Origin: an uncultured Armatimonadetes bacterium
GTDB taxonomy: Bacteria; Armatimonadota; UBA5829; DTJY01
Direction of reading: 5' to 3'
NCBI GenBank assembly: GCA_963717145.1
Contig: OY970325.1
Span: forward strand, 2,336,001 to 2,400,000
DNA length: 64,000 nucleotides
In this document: positions 50,603 to 59,880 of the stretch, piece by piece
Numbering within the stretch: the stretch's first letter is position 1
How the letters are laid out: each line of letters opens with the position of its first letter
Notes under the pieces: model-generated
What the model was told of the DNA's origin: nothing
What the model saw: only the letters and a program-made list of their open reading frames with translations
The model's database searches: none
Translations under genes and position numbers: made by a program

Positions 50603-51461
50603 TCGCTGGAACAGCCGAATGCTGAGCATCGGGATGTCCCTGGCGATCAACTGTGCGATCGTCGGCATCCTGGCACGCGTACTTGCCGCTCCCTCAGGGC
50701 CGGCCGAGACGCGAATCGAAGTCGAACTGGAGCACGTCTCCGTGGCTCAGGTCAGGCGGGATGAGCCTCCGAAGCTCATGATCGCGCGGGTCAGTTCCGC
50801 TCCTCAACCGCGGCAGACGAGTACGACTGCTCCACCGCCTCCGAGGGAGCAGCGCCCACAATCGCGTCTATCCCTGCCCAGGCTCGATCTCTCCGCGTTC
50901 TTCGGCGCTCATCCACCCGATCCCGGACCGGCGACGAGCCGCTCGGACAGCGAGACATCCACAGGCGGCTCCATCGAGGGCGGGACGGGGCCCGGCGTCA
51001 CCGGGGGCACGACCGGCTCAGGCCCGGGCGCTGCTTCTTCGCATGGTGACGGCACCGGCACGACTCTCGCCGGCCCGAGCGGTTCCGGCGGGACAAAGGA
51101 TCCACCGACCGCCGTCGCGGGCAATCGCGAGGAGGTCCGGAAGGGCGAACCGACCCCGGTGAAGCCGGAGAAACCTGCTCCCAGAGGTGAGAGCCGCGAC
51201 GTGAAACCGGCAAAACAACCCCGGCCGGCGTACCCGAGTGACGCAAGAGATGAGGAAATCGAGGGCGCCGTGACGCTGATCGCGGTGGTCGGCGCGGACG
51301 GCAAGGTCTCGGAGGTGAGACTGGAGAAGGGCTTGGGCGACCGACGGCTCGATCGGGCCGCGGAGAATGGGGTCAAGCAGTGGACCTACAGTCCGGCGCT
51401 CAGAGACGGAGTTCCGGTGAAGTCAAATGTACGCGTGCGAGTGGAGTTCCGACTGGAGTAG
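50589..51461 (+). CDS. tonB: TonB energy transducer
   Basis: N-terminal TM helix, Pro/Gly-rich linker, PAYP..AR...EG.V, LDRAA...W.Y.PA. Confidence 0.88.
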   Translation: MHSASRWNSRMLSIGMSLAINCAIVGILARVLAAPSGPAETRIEVELEHVSVAQVRRDEPPKLMIARVSSAPQPRQTSTTAPPPPREQRPQSRLSLPRLDLSAFFGAHPPDPGPATSRSDSETSTGGSIEGGTGPGVTGGTTGSGPGAASSHGDGTGTTLAGPSGSGGTKDPPTAVAGNREEVRKGEPTPVKPEKPAPRGESRDVKPAKQPRPAYPSDARDEEIEGAVTLIAVVGADGKVSEVRLEKGLGDRRLDRAAENGVKQWTYSPALRDGVPVKSNVRVRVEFRLE

Positions 51462-51471
51462 CGGCCGAAGG

Positions 51472-54078
51472 TCAGCTTTGTGCATATGGAACGATCATGG
51501 CCAGGTTCGGCTTCAGCGACTGTACCCAGTAGCCGTGCCATGGACTGAACTGAGCGGCGTCATCCCACTGAGTATCGATATAGCACAGCGACCCACTGCT
51601 GCTTTCCCAGTAATACAGCCCCCCATCAAGCCAGCCGCGACTGGCAGCCTCGGCCATGGACAGCATCTCGATCCCATCGGTGATACAGCAGCCACTTACC
51701 GCGGTGGGAGAAGCAAACGGATGCCCCACGATAGCATAGCCCGCGACCGGCAGGCTGATCCACACGTCGGTGTCAGGATCGTCCCTTATGACCTGCGTGA
51801 CGATATTGTGGGGCTGAGTCACCTGCAGCCAAAACCCGATGCCGACGCAGAGAGCGGGGAAGGCCTCAGGTATCCATGCGCTGTATGTATACATGCTCTG
51901 CGTCAACGGATCCCATGCGTGCAATCTGCCCTCGATCTGGGTGTACGGAAGCGCAGAAGCCGCCGTGGGATTGGTTGGGATGCCCGGTATGGAGAGGAGA
52001 TTCCACTCGGGCATAACGGTCCCGGGGGATGTGCTGAGCTGAGTGAATGGCAGGTTGTAACTGATATCAGCTGGGGTCCGGGGCCTGAGTACCGGCCTCA
52101 GGTTGGCGACCTCCAACTCGAGGGCACTGATGCCGGTGACCTCGACCCAGCTTCCAAGGCCGGGCATGCTCGGTGTCTCCGTCATGCCGGCGAAGGACAC
52201 CTTGAGACGTCCGACGACCGCTCCTGTCGGCGGCTTGATGCTGCGATCGGCGATGTAGAACGCACCGGTGGCGAGCTGCTGCACCTGACCCCATGTCCTG
52301 ACCAGAAGACCTGTGCTCGAGGGCCCTACCCCCAAGCTCGATGACCCAGGCCCCGCGTATTTGCCGCGATTCCCCATATCCCGGTTGATGAGCCCGATCG
52401 GCATCGGGACCTCGCCGGTTCCCACATGTGCGAGGTAGGTACCCTGTATGACCTGCTGGCCGTCGATGAGTCGTCTCTCTCCCTCGATATCGACGAGTTC
52501 ACCGGCTTGGGCAGTCGTCGTACCGGTGACCTTGACCCCGGCCGCTCGATCGAGTTCGGAAACGTAGATGCAGTCAGTGAATGCGGCCGTCACTATCTTG
52601 GACGTCAGCCTGATGAGTCTTTCCTCTTCGGTTCCGCTCAAATCGCCGATCCTGGATACATCCTGCGGCGTATTGAGGACGCGCGCCTGTATCCTCGCCG
52701 CGCCCTGAGTGTAAACAGGGCTGTCCTCCCATGCGATGGCCTCGATCGTATACGCGCCATCAGGATAGCCGCTCGTGTCCCACTCAAACTCATACGGCGC
52801 TGAGGCGCAAACCGCGACCGGCTCATCGTCGATGTAGAACTCGACCTTCTGCACCCCAGAGGCGTCCGTCGCATTAACGAAGACATGGATCGCACCATGC
52901 AGCGGCGGGTCACCCTGAGGATCAGTGAACGTCACGACCGGCGGCGTGGCATACGGGGCCATCAGCGGGTCGCCGATGGTTACCGCCTTCCAGTACAACT
53001 CGGGGGTCGCAGCCATGAAGCTCTCGGCAAGGTTGTAGCCTTTCAGGTAGCGGTCGAACAACACGCCGGGATAGGTGACCAAGTTGACATTCGGCTCGGA
53101 GACATAGCCGTTGCCCCCACTGAGGCCCTGTGGAATGAGGTCGGCAATGAGTGACTGACCGGCGGATGGCGGATACGTGAAGGTGCGACCACTGTAGGAC
53201 ACGAAGGAGTCGGCTATGGACCCGGGCACAAAGTGGTTCGACGTGTATGCCGCCTGCGTGAAGGAGTAGCTCTCGTTGCTGCCCCAACTGAAGTATCCCA
53301 TGACTCCCTGCTGGCCACCCGCGAATTCTCGGATTCGCGCGTCGAAATCGGCACTGCTGTAGTACGTCTGGTGTCCCCCGGATATGACCGCATTGTTCGC
53401 CTGACGCAAGCGATTGTTGATGTGAGCATAAACCGAACTCATGTCCGCACCGTCGAGCACGAACAATCCCTCCAGGGGCTGAACGATGAGAGCATCGTCT
53501 ATCATGCGATAGACATCCGTTTCGGAGTACGCGTCGAGGCGGGTCACAGCATAGAAGCTGCGACCCGAAAAATCCAGCCCATGGGTGAAGTACTGCTCGG
53601 GAGCGACGGGCAAAGCGGTCGGTCCATAGGGATTGACCAGCGGCGGACGGGTACCAAGGTCGAAAATGTTCACGGGTGGGTAGGTAATTGACGGCTCGCC
53701 GACACACGTCAGGATGCTGGCCACCGAAACAGGTCCTAAAAAGTAGGAGTTGTCGTAAGTCGCTTTGAGAGGGATGCCCTTGGTCAGCACGATGTAGTCT
53801 ATCCGCTCAGGCAAGGGATGGTTCGCGAGGAAACTGCGGACGGGCGCAACTATATTGGTTTCGCATTCAGTAAGAGATACCTGTTCGGCAGTGGAACACC
53901 TGATGCGGCAGACATTGGATGCCGGAATTGCCCGTCTCTGCTGATAATACGTCCCTATGGCCTGCGAGACCGGGCTGTTATCGTTGATGACGACCACGAC
54001 GTTCTTCGGGCCACCTCCTGCCAGGCAAATGCCGAGGCAGCACAGAGTAAGGGCAGTCGCCAGTGCCGGTATATGCAT
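51472..54078 (-). CDS. Secreted TIGR03790-like protein with Ig-like and shared C-terminal domains
   Basis: VVVINDNSPVS..IG.YY..R, YIVLTKGIP, VTRLD, GYFSWGSN, GYVSEP, IGDPL; next to PEP-CTERM genes. Confidence 0.75.
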   Translation of the reverse strand: MHIPALATALTLCCLGICLAGGGPKNVVVVINDNSPVSQAIGTYYQQRRAIPASNVCRIRCSTAEQVSLTECETNIVAPVRSFLANHPLPERIDYIVLTKGIPLKATYDNSYFLGPVSVASILTCVGEPSITYPPVNIFDLGTRPPLVNPYGPTALPVAPEQYFTHGLDFSGRSFYAVTRLDAYSETDVYRMIDDALIVQPLEGLFVLDGADMSSVYAHINNRLRQANNAVISGGHQTYYSSADFDARIREFAGGQQGVMGYFSWGSNESYSFTQAAYTSNHFVPGSIADSFVSYSGRTFTYPPSAGQSLIADLIPQGLSGGNGYVSEPNVNLVTYPGVLFDRYLKGYNLAESFMAATPELYWKAVTIGDPLMAPYATPPVVTFTDPQGDPPLHGAIHVFVNATDASGVQKVEFYIDDEPVAVCASAPYEFEWDTSGYPDGAYTIEAIAWEDSPVYTQGAARIQARVLNTPQDVSRIGDLSGTEEERLIRLTSKIVTAAFTDCIYVSELDRAAGVKVTGTTTAQAGELVDIEGERRLIDGQQVIQGTYLAHVGTGEVPMPIGLINRDMGNRGKYAGPGSSSLGVGPSSTGLLVRTWGQVQQLATGAFYIADRSIKPPTGAVVGRLKVSFAGMTETPSMPGLGSWVEVTGISALELEVANLRPVLRPRTPADISYNLPFTQLSTSPGTVMPEWNLLSIPGIPTNPTAASALPYTQIEGRLHAWDPLTQSMYTYSAWIPEAFPALCVGIGFWLQVTQPHNIVTQVIRDDPDTDVWISLPVAGYAIVGHPFASPTAVSGCCITDGIEMLSMAEAASRGWLDGGLYYWESSSGSLCYIDTQWDDAAQFSPWHGYWVQSLKPNLAMIVPYAQS

Positions 54079-54435
54079 TGTGCAACGCGCGCGGCTACGC
54101 ATCGGTAGACTACTTCCTCGCTCAGAATTGTGGGACTCTCATCCCCTGAGCGTGACCGACCGGATGACGCGCACTACGCGACTCTCGAATGGGCACTGAA
54201 GTATGAAGAGCTGGCTGGACGCCGCGATTGAGTACGCTTACCTGGCAAGACCTGTCGCCCGACGGCGGCTGTGTGACGGGGGGATAGCACACCGGTGTAT
54301 TCGGAGCGTCTGTTCTCCATCTCCAGACAGCAATGTATGGAATATGAAGAACAGACGCTCCATTGCAAAACGCGGATTTCTCTTTCCTTACGTTTGCGGA
54401 CAGCTTTCTGCTGTCTCTATCTTACCGTGGCTGGG

Positions 54436-55008
54436 CTATTTCTTGCGTCGCCTCACCAGAGGCATGAGTCCGCCGACCAAGCCACCCAGAGCGAGGAGCG
54501 AACTCGGCTCGGGAATCATCGCCGGACCAGGAACCACTCTCTCATGTATCGCTGTGCTGATCGGACCGCCATCCATGGTCACCACAAGCCCTTGTTCGAT
54601 CGGCGCGCTATTCGGCACACGTAGGGTGAACCGGCCCGTCCACACCGTATTGGAAGGCACTACGTCGGCGGTAGTAGGCGCCCGCCAAATGGCGTTGTCC
54701 ATGCGGGTAGGCACCCACTGCCTAGCCTGGGTGGACTTGCCCCACAGAGCGGTGTTGTACAATGGTGACAAAGAGCCACCATCCGCTCCGAGCGTCCAAG
54801 GGAAGTACACCCCGAAGTTAGGCACCTTAGCCTGAACAATCAACTGTCCGAATGGGAAAGTGCTGTCGACCGTGCAATCTATCCGGTAGGTGTATGTAAA
54901 AGTAGTGGGGTTGAAGCCCTCATACGTCACTTCCGGGAAAACCGAAGTAGCAGACGCAACACTACCGCACATCATCACGCAGATAGCCAGAAATACTAGT
55001 CTTCTCAT
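54436..55008 (-). CDS. PEP-CTERM (exosortase-sorted) protein
   Basis: Signal peptide; IPEPSSLLALGGLVGGLMPLVRRRKK. Confidence 0.9.
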   Translation of the reverse strand: MRRLVFLAICVMMCGSVASATSVFPEVTYEGFNPTTFTYTYRIDCTVDSTFPFGQLIVQAKVPNFGVYFPWTLGADGGSLSPLYNTALWGKSTQARQWVPTRMDNAIWRAPTTADVVPSNTVWTGRFTLRVPNSAPIEQGLVVTMDGGPISTAIHERVVPGPAMIPEPSSLLALGGLVGGLMPLVRRRKK

Positions 55009-55062
55009 ATCTTGTCTCACCTCCTAGTTCCTTCGTAATCACTCTCAAATAAGCCCACGACT

Positions 55063-55617
55063 CTACTGCCTCATGCGCCTGAGCGTCGCCACGGCTCCAA
55101 ACAAGCCGGTCGCCAGTACCAGGAGTCCGGACGGCTCAGGTACTGCCGGCACCTGAAGGTCGTAGGTCCAAGCGGGTGCGCCATAGTCGGTAGGTCTGGC
55201 TATTACCGTACCCATAACAGGGTGCGTATTCGGCACGGTAAGGTTGAAGGTTCCCACCCACGCCGGCATCTCGTACATCTGGAGCACCGGACCGGGCGGG
55301 ATCCCAGGCGAGATCCACTTGTACGCAACGTATGTCGGCTCACTCCACCAAGGCTGGGCGTTGGTCCAAGGACCGAACGAGAAATTCTCGATCGGATCGT
55401 GGATCGTGTACGGCGAGGTGGCGCCTACGAATGCATCCACCTCCAGTTCGCCGAAACCATACTCCACATCGTATCCCTGTGTCACCTGATACGTGTAGGT
55501 AAACGTTCCGGGATCGAAGCCCAGATACGCGACGAGCGGCGGAGCGCCAAGCGCGGCTGTAGCGCACAGCAACACGAGAACAAACGAGGCGACCGTGAAT
55601 CTGAGATAATTGGACAT
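55063..55617 (-). CDS. PEP-CTERM protein, paralog of the neighbour
   Basis: VPEPSGLLVLATGLFGAVATLRRMRQ; shared Y.GF.P.TFTYTY and W.G.F.L.VPN motifs. Confidence 0.9.
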   Translation of the reverse strand: MSNYLRFTVASFVLVLLCATAALGAPPLVAYLGFDPGTFTYTYQVTQGYDVEYGFGELEVDAFVGATSPYTIHDPIENFSFGPWTNAQPWWSEPTYVAYKWISPGIPPGPVLQMYEMPAWVGTFNLTVPNTHPVMGTVIARPTDYGAPAWTYDLQVPAVPEPSGLLVLATGLFGAVATLRRMRQ

Positions 55618-56083
55618 GCTGTACTCACCTCCTTGTGGAGCGGACGTGTACACACACCATTCCTTACCTGACAGGCTATGCCCGATAGGCCAGGGACGGC
55701 ATCTGGAACAAACCAACAACGACCGTGATAAAAGGGGATGAGGAGTTGAGGGAATGCTGCGAGTAAAGGCTGGATGCCTTTCCCTCTTCTTCTCCTTCCC
55801 AAAGCCGGACCTTTTCCGTCGGTAGCCATCACGCCGAAACATTTCGTGCGCACAGCCTTATCGCGGAAGGTCCCATCCTGTCAGCAGGTAGACAACACCT
55901 GGGAGCATCGGGCGAGCAGGTTCATATCTAGGGAAACCTGTTCTCCCATGCCACCATGTGCAGTATAAGCCCGGAACGGCTTCCTGTCAAGCAAAATGAC
56001 TGGAATTCCCGAAAAACTGGTAATAATACCGGGTATTGCATGGTTGACAAACTGGAGAGCGGGGATCCCTACGAGCCGCGCGG

Positions 56084-56112
56084 TTGACTTTCATTGGTAG
56101 ATTCCATATACT
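56084..56112 (+). promoter_or_regulatory. Sigma70-type promoter
   Basis: TTGACT-17 nt-TATACT. Confidence 0.6.
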
Positions 56113-56165
56113 TTCACTGGTTCGCCCTTTGCGCGTTCCTGCTGTAATAGTCCCGGAGGTTAGCG

Positions 56166-56792
56166 ATGCAGGCTCAGATAGACATACGGACGGTTTGGAA
56201 TAGGGTAGTGGATGAAGTCAAGCACCAGGTCATCCATCCGACACTATGGAAGGCGCTCGAGGCGGGGGTCGCGGTTACCGTCGAGAACGGGCAGTTCATC
56301 GTCGGCTTCCCCATGGGCACCTTTCATCTGAGCGGCAATCTGATGTCGCTGGACCATAGGAACGTCATCGAAGCCTCCATCGCCAAGCACGCGGGCCAGC
56401 GTCTGTTGCTGCGGATCATCGAAGGCGGGACACTGGATGACTGGGACGCCGTAAAGGTCAAGGAAGCCCATGCCGCCTCCCTCCGCGAGGCCGCAGCCCT
56501 CAAGTCGCTGGACGAAACAAGTGCCGTCAGGGTTTGGGATCAACTGCTCGATCAGATCGGCCGCAAGTATGCAACTCTGCCCCTCCGTCAGCTTCCGCAG
56601 TCACGTGCGGCCTACATCGCGGAGGCCCTGCGGATGATCTCGGATGCGATGGACAAGGTCATCGCACCGGGCAAGGAGCCTGACGAACTGACCCAGAGGG
56701 CCATCGGCCGAGTCATCGAGAAGGTGGCGAACCTCGTTGAGGTGCCCTCCACTCTCCTCGCTTTTGAATTGATCCGGGCGAGGCGCAAGTAA
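56166..56792 (+). CDS. Hypothetical protein with a DnaA-N/DnaX-C-like N-terminal domain
   Basis: W..V...K pattern followed by A.AV.VENG.FIVG; GGAGG RBS. Confidence 0.55.
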   Translation: MQAQIDIRTVWNRVVDEVKHQVIHPTLWKALEAGVAVTVENGQFIVGFPMGTFHLSGNLMSLDHRNVIEASIAKHAGQRLLLRIIEGGTLDDWDAVKVKEAHAASLREAAALKSLDETSAVRVWDQLLDQIGRKYATLPLRQLPQSRAAYIAEALRMISDAMDKVIAPGKEPDELTQRAIGRVIEKVANLVEVPSTLLAFELIRARRK

Positions 56793-56795
56793 CCC

Positions 56796-57542
56796 ATGGG
56801 TAGACGGCTCAATCGGAAGGCACTCCCATGTAGTGGCCGCACCTCAGTACCGGCTTCCCCCGGATTCACCCTGATCGAGCTTCTCGTAGTGATTGCCATC
56901 ATCTCACTGCTTGCCGGTATCCTCATGCCCATACTCGCCGCTGCAAGGGAAAAGGGCCGTGGAGCATCATGCCAGTCCAATCTGAAGCAGATCGGCCTGG
57001 CATTCGATCTCTATCTGGACGACGACCACGACAACTACCCATGCAACGGCGACCCGTTCCTCTGGATGGGCCGCAAGTGGCGCTGGCCGCTCAAACCATA
57101 CCTGGCGCTGATGGGGGAGCAGGACGGCACTCCGATGAAGTCCAAGGGCGGAGGCAGGAACGTTCTGCTCTGCCCGAGCGACCGGCTGGCGGCTCAGAAG
57201 TGGGACGGCACTTCCTACTCGTACTCCATGGCTTTCTATCACTCGCCGGACCAGATCAACTCGCTCACCAAGATCGAGGACACGTGGACGAACGCCCTGC
57301 CCTGCCAGACTCAGAACCAGTCGTCCGTGAAGTTTCCATCCTACAAGGCGCTGGTCACGGAATGGCTGAGCAACCATGAGCCGCCTCACGTGGCGTGGAA
57401 CAGTTGGCATGGTGGCCGGGTCTACCTGTTCGCTGACGGTCACTGCAAGTACCTGAAGGCGACCGAGATCAAGCCCGGCAACGACAACTGGCCCGATATC
57501 AACCTGACGCGCAATGGAATTCGAGGGAGGGATGTGGAATGA
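56796..57542 (+). CDS. Prepilin-type N-terminal cleavage/methylation protein (DUF1559-type)
   Basis: [32 protein letters not shown]...YLFADGH. Confidence 0.9.
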   Translation: MGRRLNRKALPCSGRTSVPASPGFTLIELLVVIAIISLLAGILMPILAAAREKGRGASCQSNLKQIGLAFDLYLDDDHDNYPCNGDPFLWMGRKWRWPLKPYLALMGEQDGTPMKSKGGGRNVLLCPSDRLAAQKWDGTSYSYSMAFYHSPDQINSLTKIEDTWTNALPCQTQNQSSVKFPSYKALVTEWLSNHEPPHVAWNSWHGGRVYLFADGHCKYLKATEIKPGNDNWPDINLTRNGIRGRDVE

Positions 57543-57580
57543 GGATTGGGAACCGCCAAGACGCCAAGATCGCCAAGGGG

Positions 57581-59689
57581 ATGGGTCAGAGGCTCATACT
57601 CGTACTCCTAATCGTAATCGTACTCGGAACGTCAGCCATCGGAGGTGCAAGCGTGGAACAGTCTATCGCGGATCTGTCGAAGATCATGGGAGTGCCCGCA
57701 GACTCCATCACGATCAACCATCGCCCGGATCAGCCGCATACTTCATTCCAGACTCCGACCGGCTACATGCCCGAGAACGACATCCGCACGGACGCGGTGA
57801 TCGTCTACTCGGCGGGGAAGGATCAGATCGCCACATGGAAGGAGAAGGGCTACTCGATCCAGACGATGTACGGCTTCCGGACCGGCGACGACTACATCAA
57901 GGATCACAAGGACGAGGGACAGACGGCGGCGGACGGCACGATCCTGACCTGCGGGCCGGGAAGCTACTATATGGTCCCGACGCAGAGCCGGATCGACGCC
58001 GCGATCGCGTTCTATCGCGAGGCAATCAAGAACGGCACGCAACTCGCAGTCCCGGAAGAGCCGGAGTTCTTCGCCCGCGCGGGATACTCCGACTCGTTCA
58101 AGCGCGAGTGGCAGGACTACTACAACACGCCGTGGGTCGATCCGACATCATCCATCGAGGCGCGATACAAGTCCGAGCGGCTGAAGGCCTACATGGAGTG
58201 GCGCATGGTGAAGTCGATCCTCCAGGACTCCAAGGCGCAGAACCCGGCGGTCGTCGGCGCGGTCGCGGCTCACAGCCCGGTCAGCTACTTCATGTGGGAC
58301 ATCGTCTATCCGCATTTCCAAGTCATGCAGTTGCCGGAACTCCAGGAGATGATCGGCCAAGTGTGGACCGGCACTGCGAGAAGTGGCTGCAAGTACGAGG
58401 GTGTCGTCGCCGAGCGGACCTTCGAGAACGGCTTCCTGGAGTACTCCTCGCTCTACAACCTCATGCGCGGGACCGGCAAGCGGCTCTGGTTCCTGATGGA
58501 CCCGCTGGAAGACAACCCCGACCGCAGCATGGAGGACTACCAGTCGAACTACGTCAAGACGCTCGTCGGCTCGCTGATGTTCCCCGGCGTCGATGAGTTC
58601 GAGGTCATGCCCTGGCCGACACGGATCTTCGGCCGCGTGCCTCAGGAATTTGCGACCGAGATCATGTCGATCGTGACGATGCTCGGCGACGTCCACAACC
58701 AGAAGGAGTTCGACCTCGACGCCGGAACCGAGGGCATCGCGACCTTCGTGGCGGACTCGATGGGCTGGCAGCGCGGCGAGCCGAGCAAGAGCAACTACGA
58801 CTGCTTCTACGGCCTGACTCTCCCGCTCATCATGAAGGGCATCCCGGTCCAGGTGGCGCAACTCGAACGGACGCCTCAGCCGAAATACCTCGATCCCTAC
58901 AAGGTTCTGCTGCTCTCCTACGACATCATGAAGCCGATGGACAAGCGGTACAACGAGTCGATCGCGAAGTGGGTCAAAGGCGGCGGGGCGCTCATTCTCT
59001 TTGGCGGCAAGGATGCGTACAACGATCTCCCCATGTGGTGGAAGGAAGGAGGCTTGGACTCGCCACACGATCAGCTTCTTTCGCTGGTGAAATGCCCTGC
59101 TCAGGATGGGACGTACAAAGTCGGTAAGGGAACCGTGATCGTCGAGACCAGGCCGGGAAGCTACTTCGCCGAGTCGAAGGGATCGGCGGAGGAGCTTCGG
59201 GCGATCGTGGCCCAGGCGTGCGGAAAGGCGGGCGTTCCGTACAAGGAACAGCACTACATGATGGTCCGGCGCGGGCGATATATCGCCGCCCGGTCGTTCG
59301 ACAGGCCGGCGACAATCCGTGGAAAGTACCTCAACGTCCTCGATCCGGCGCTCGGATTCGTGACGAACCCAGAAGTCGCCGCCGGGGACCTGGCGGTCTA
59401 TGCCGACGTGAGTGAGATGCTCGCGGACGACAAGCCGCGGGTGATGCTCTCGTCGTCGCGCGTCGAGGCGAAGTCGGAATCGTCGGCCCTGACCTCGGTC
59501 CTTCTCTCCGGCCCGCTCGGTACGCGCGGAGTCGTCCGCTTCTCGACCTCAGGCAAGACCCCGAGGCTGATACAGGTGCTCGACACCGCCGGAAAGCCGC
59601 TACCATTCGAGCAAGCATTCGAGACGGAGACGCTACTCATCACCCACGACGGCCTCCCGGATGGCGTCGTCGTGAAGGTGCGCTGGTAG
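57581..59689 (+). CDS. Secreted glycoside-hydrolase-like hypothetical protein
   Basis: Signal peptide; EEPEF candidate acid motif; GATase-like trimerisation segment (WVKGGGALILFG). Confidence 0.5.
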   Translation: MGQRLILVLLIVIVLGTSAIGGASVEQSIADLSKIMGVPADSITINHRPDQPHTSFQTPTGYMPENDIRTDAVIVYSAGKDQIATWKEKGYSIQTMYGFRTGDDYIKDHKDEGQTAADGTILTCGPGSYYMVPTQSRIDAAIAFYREAIKNGTQLAVPEEPEFFARAGYSDSFKREWQDYYNTPWVDPTSSIEARYKSERLKAYMEWRMVKSILQDSKAQNPAVVGAVAAHSPVSYFMWDIVYPHFQVMQLPELQEMIGQVWTGTARSGCKYEGVVAERTFENGFLEYSSLYNLMRGTGKRLWFLMDPLEDNPDRSMEDYQSNYVKTLVGSLMFPGVDEFEVMPWPTRIFGRVPQEFATEIMSIVTMLGDVHNQKEFDLDAGTEGIATFVADSMGWQRGEPSKSNYDCFYGLTLPLIMKGIPVQVAQLERTPQPKYLDPYKVLLLSYDIMKPMDKRYNESIAKWVKGGGALILFGGKDAYNDLPMWWKEGGLDSPHDQLLSLVKCPAQDGTYKVGKGTVIVETRPGSYFAESKGSAEELRAIVAQACGKAGVPYKEQHYMMVRRGRYIAARSFDRPATIRGKYLNVLDPALGFVTNPEVAAGDLAVYADVSEMLADDKPRVMLSSSRVEAKSESSALTSVLLSGPLGTRGVVRFSTSGKTPRLIQVLDTAGKPLPFEQAFETETLLITHDGLPDGVVVKVRW

Positions 59690-59786
59690 GGAACGTGGCG
59701 CTGTCCCGTTCCGCTCTCTGTCGCTCATCGGTTCAGTGGGTGCAGCTTTCCACCAGAGCGGAACGGCACGGCGGCACGTTCCCTAC
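59686..59786. repeat. GTAG-type REP doublet (REPIN-like)
   Basis: GTAGGGAACGTG...CCGTTCCGCTCT and AGAGCGGAACGG...CACGTTCCCTAC. Confidence 0.8.
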
Positions 59787-59880
59787 CCGTTTATCCGTTC
59801 TCCATTGCGCGCCCGCAGGAAAGCCCCCTGCCTCCGATGAACACTCCAATGACCGATCTCACTCCGGAGGCACGATCCCT

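Noticed and set aside
55620-56080. Structured RNA or c-di-GMP riboswitch in the long intergenic region
   Set aside because: No consensus motif could be matched confidently; needs an Rfam/Infernal scan
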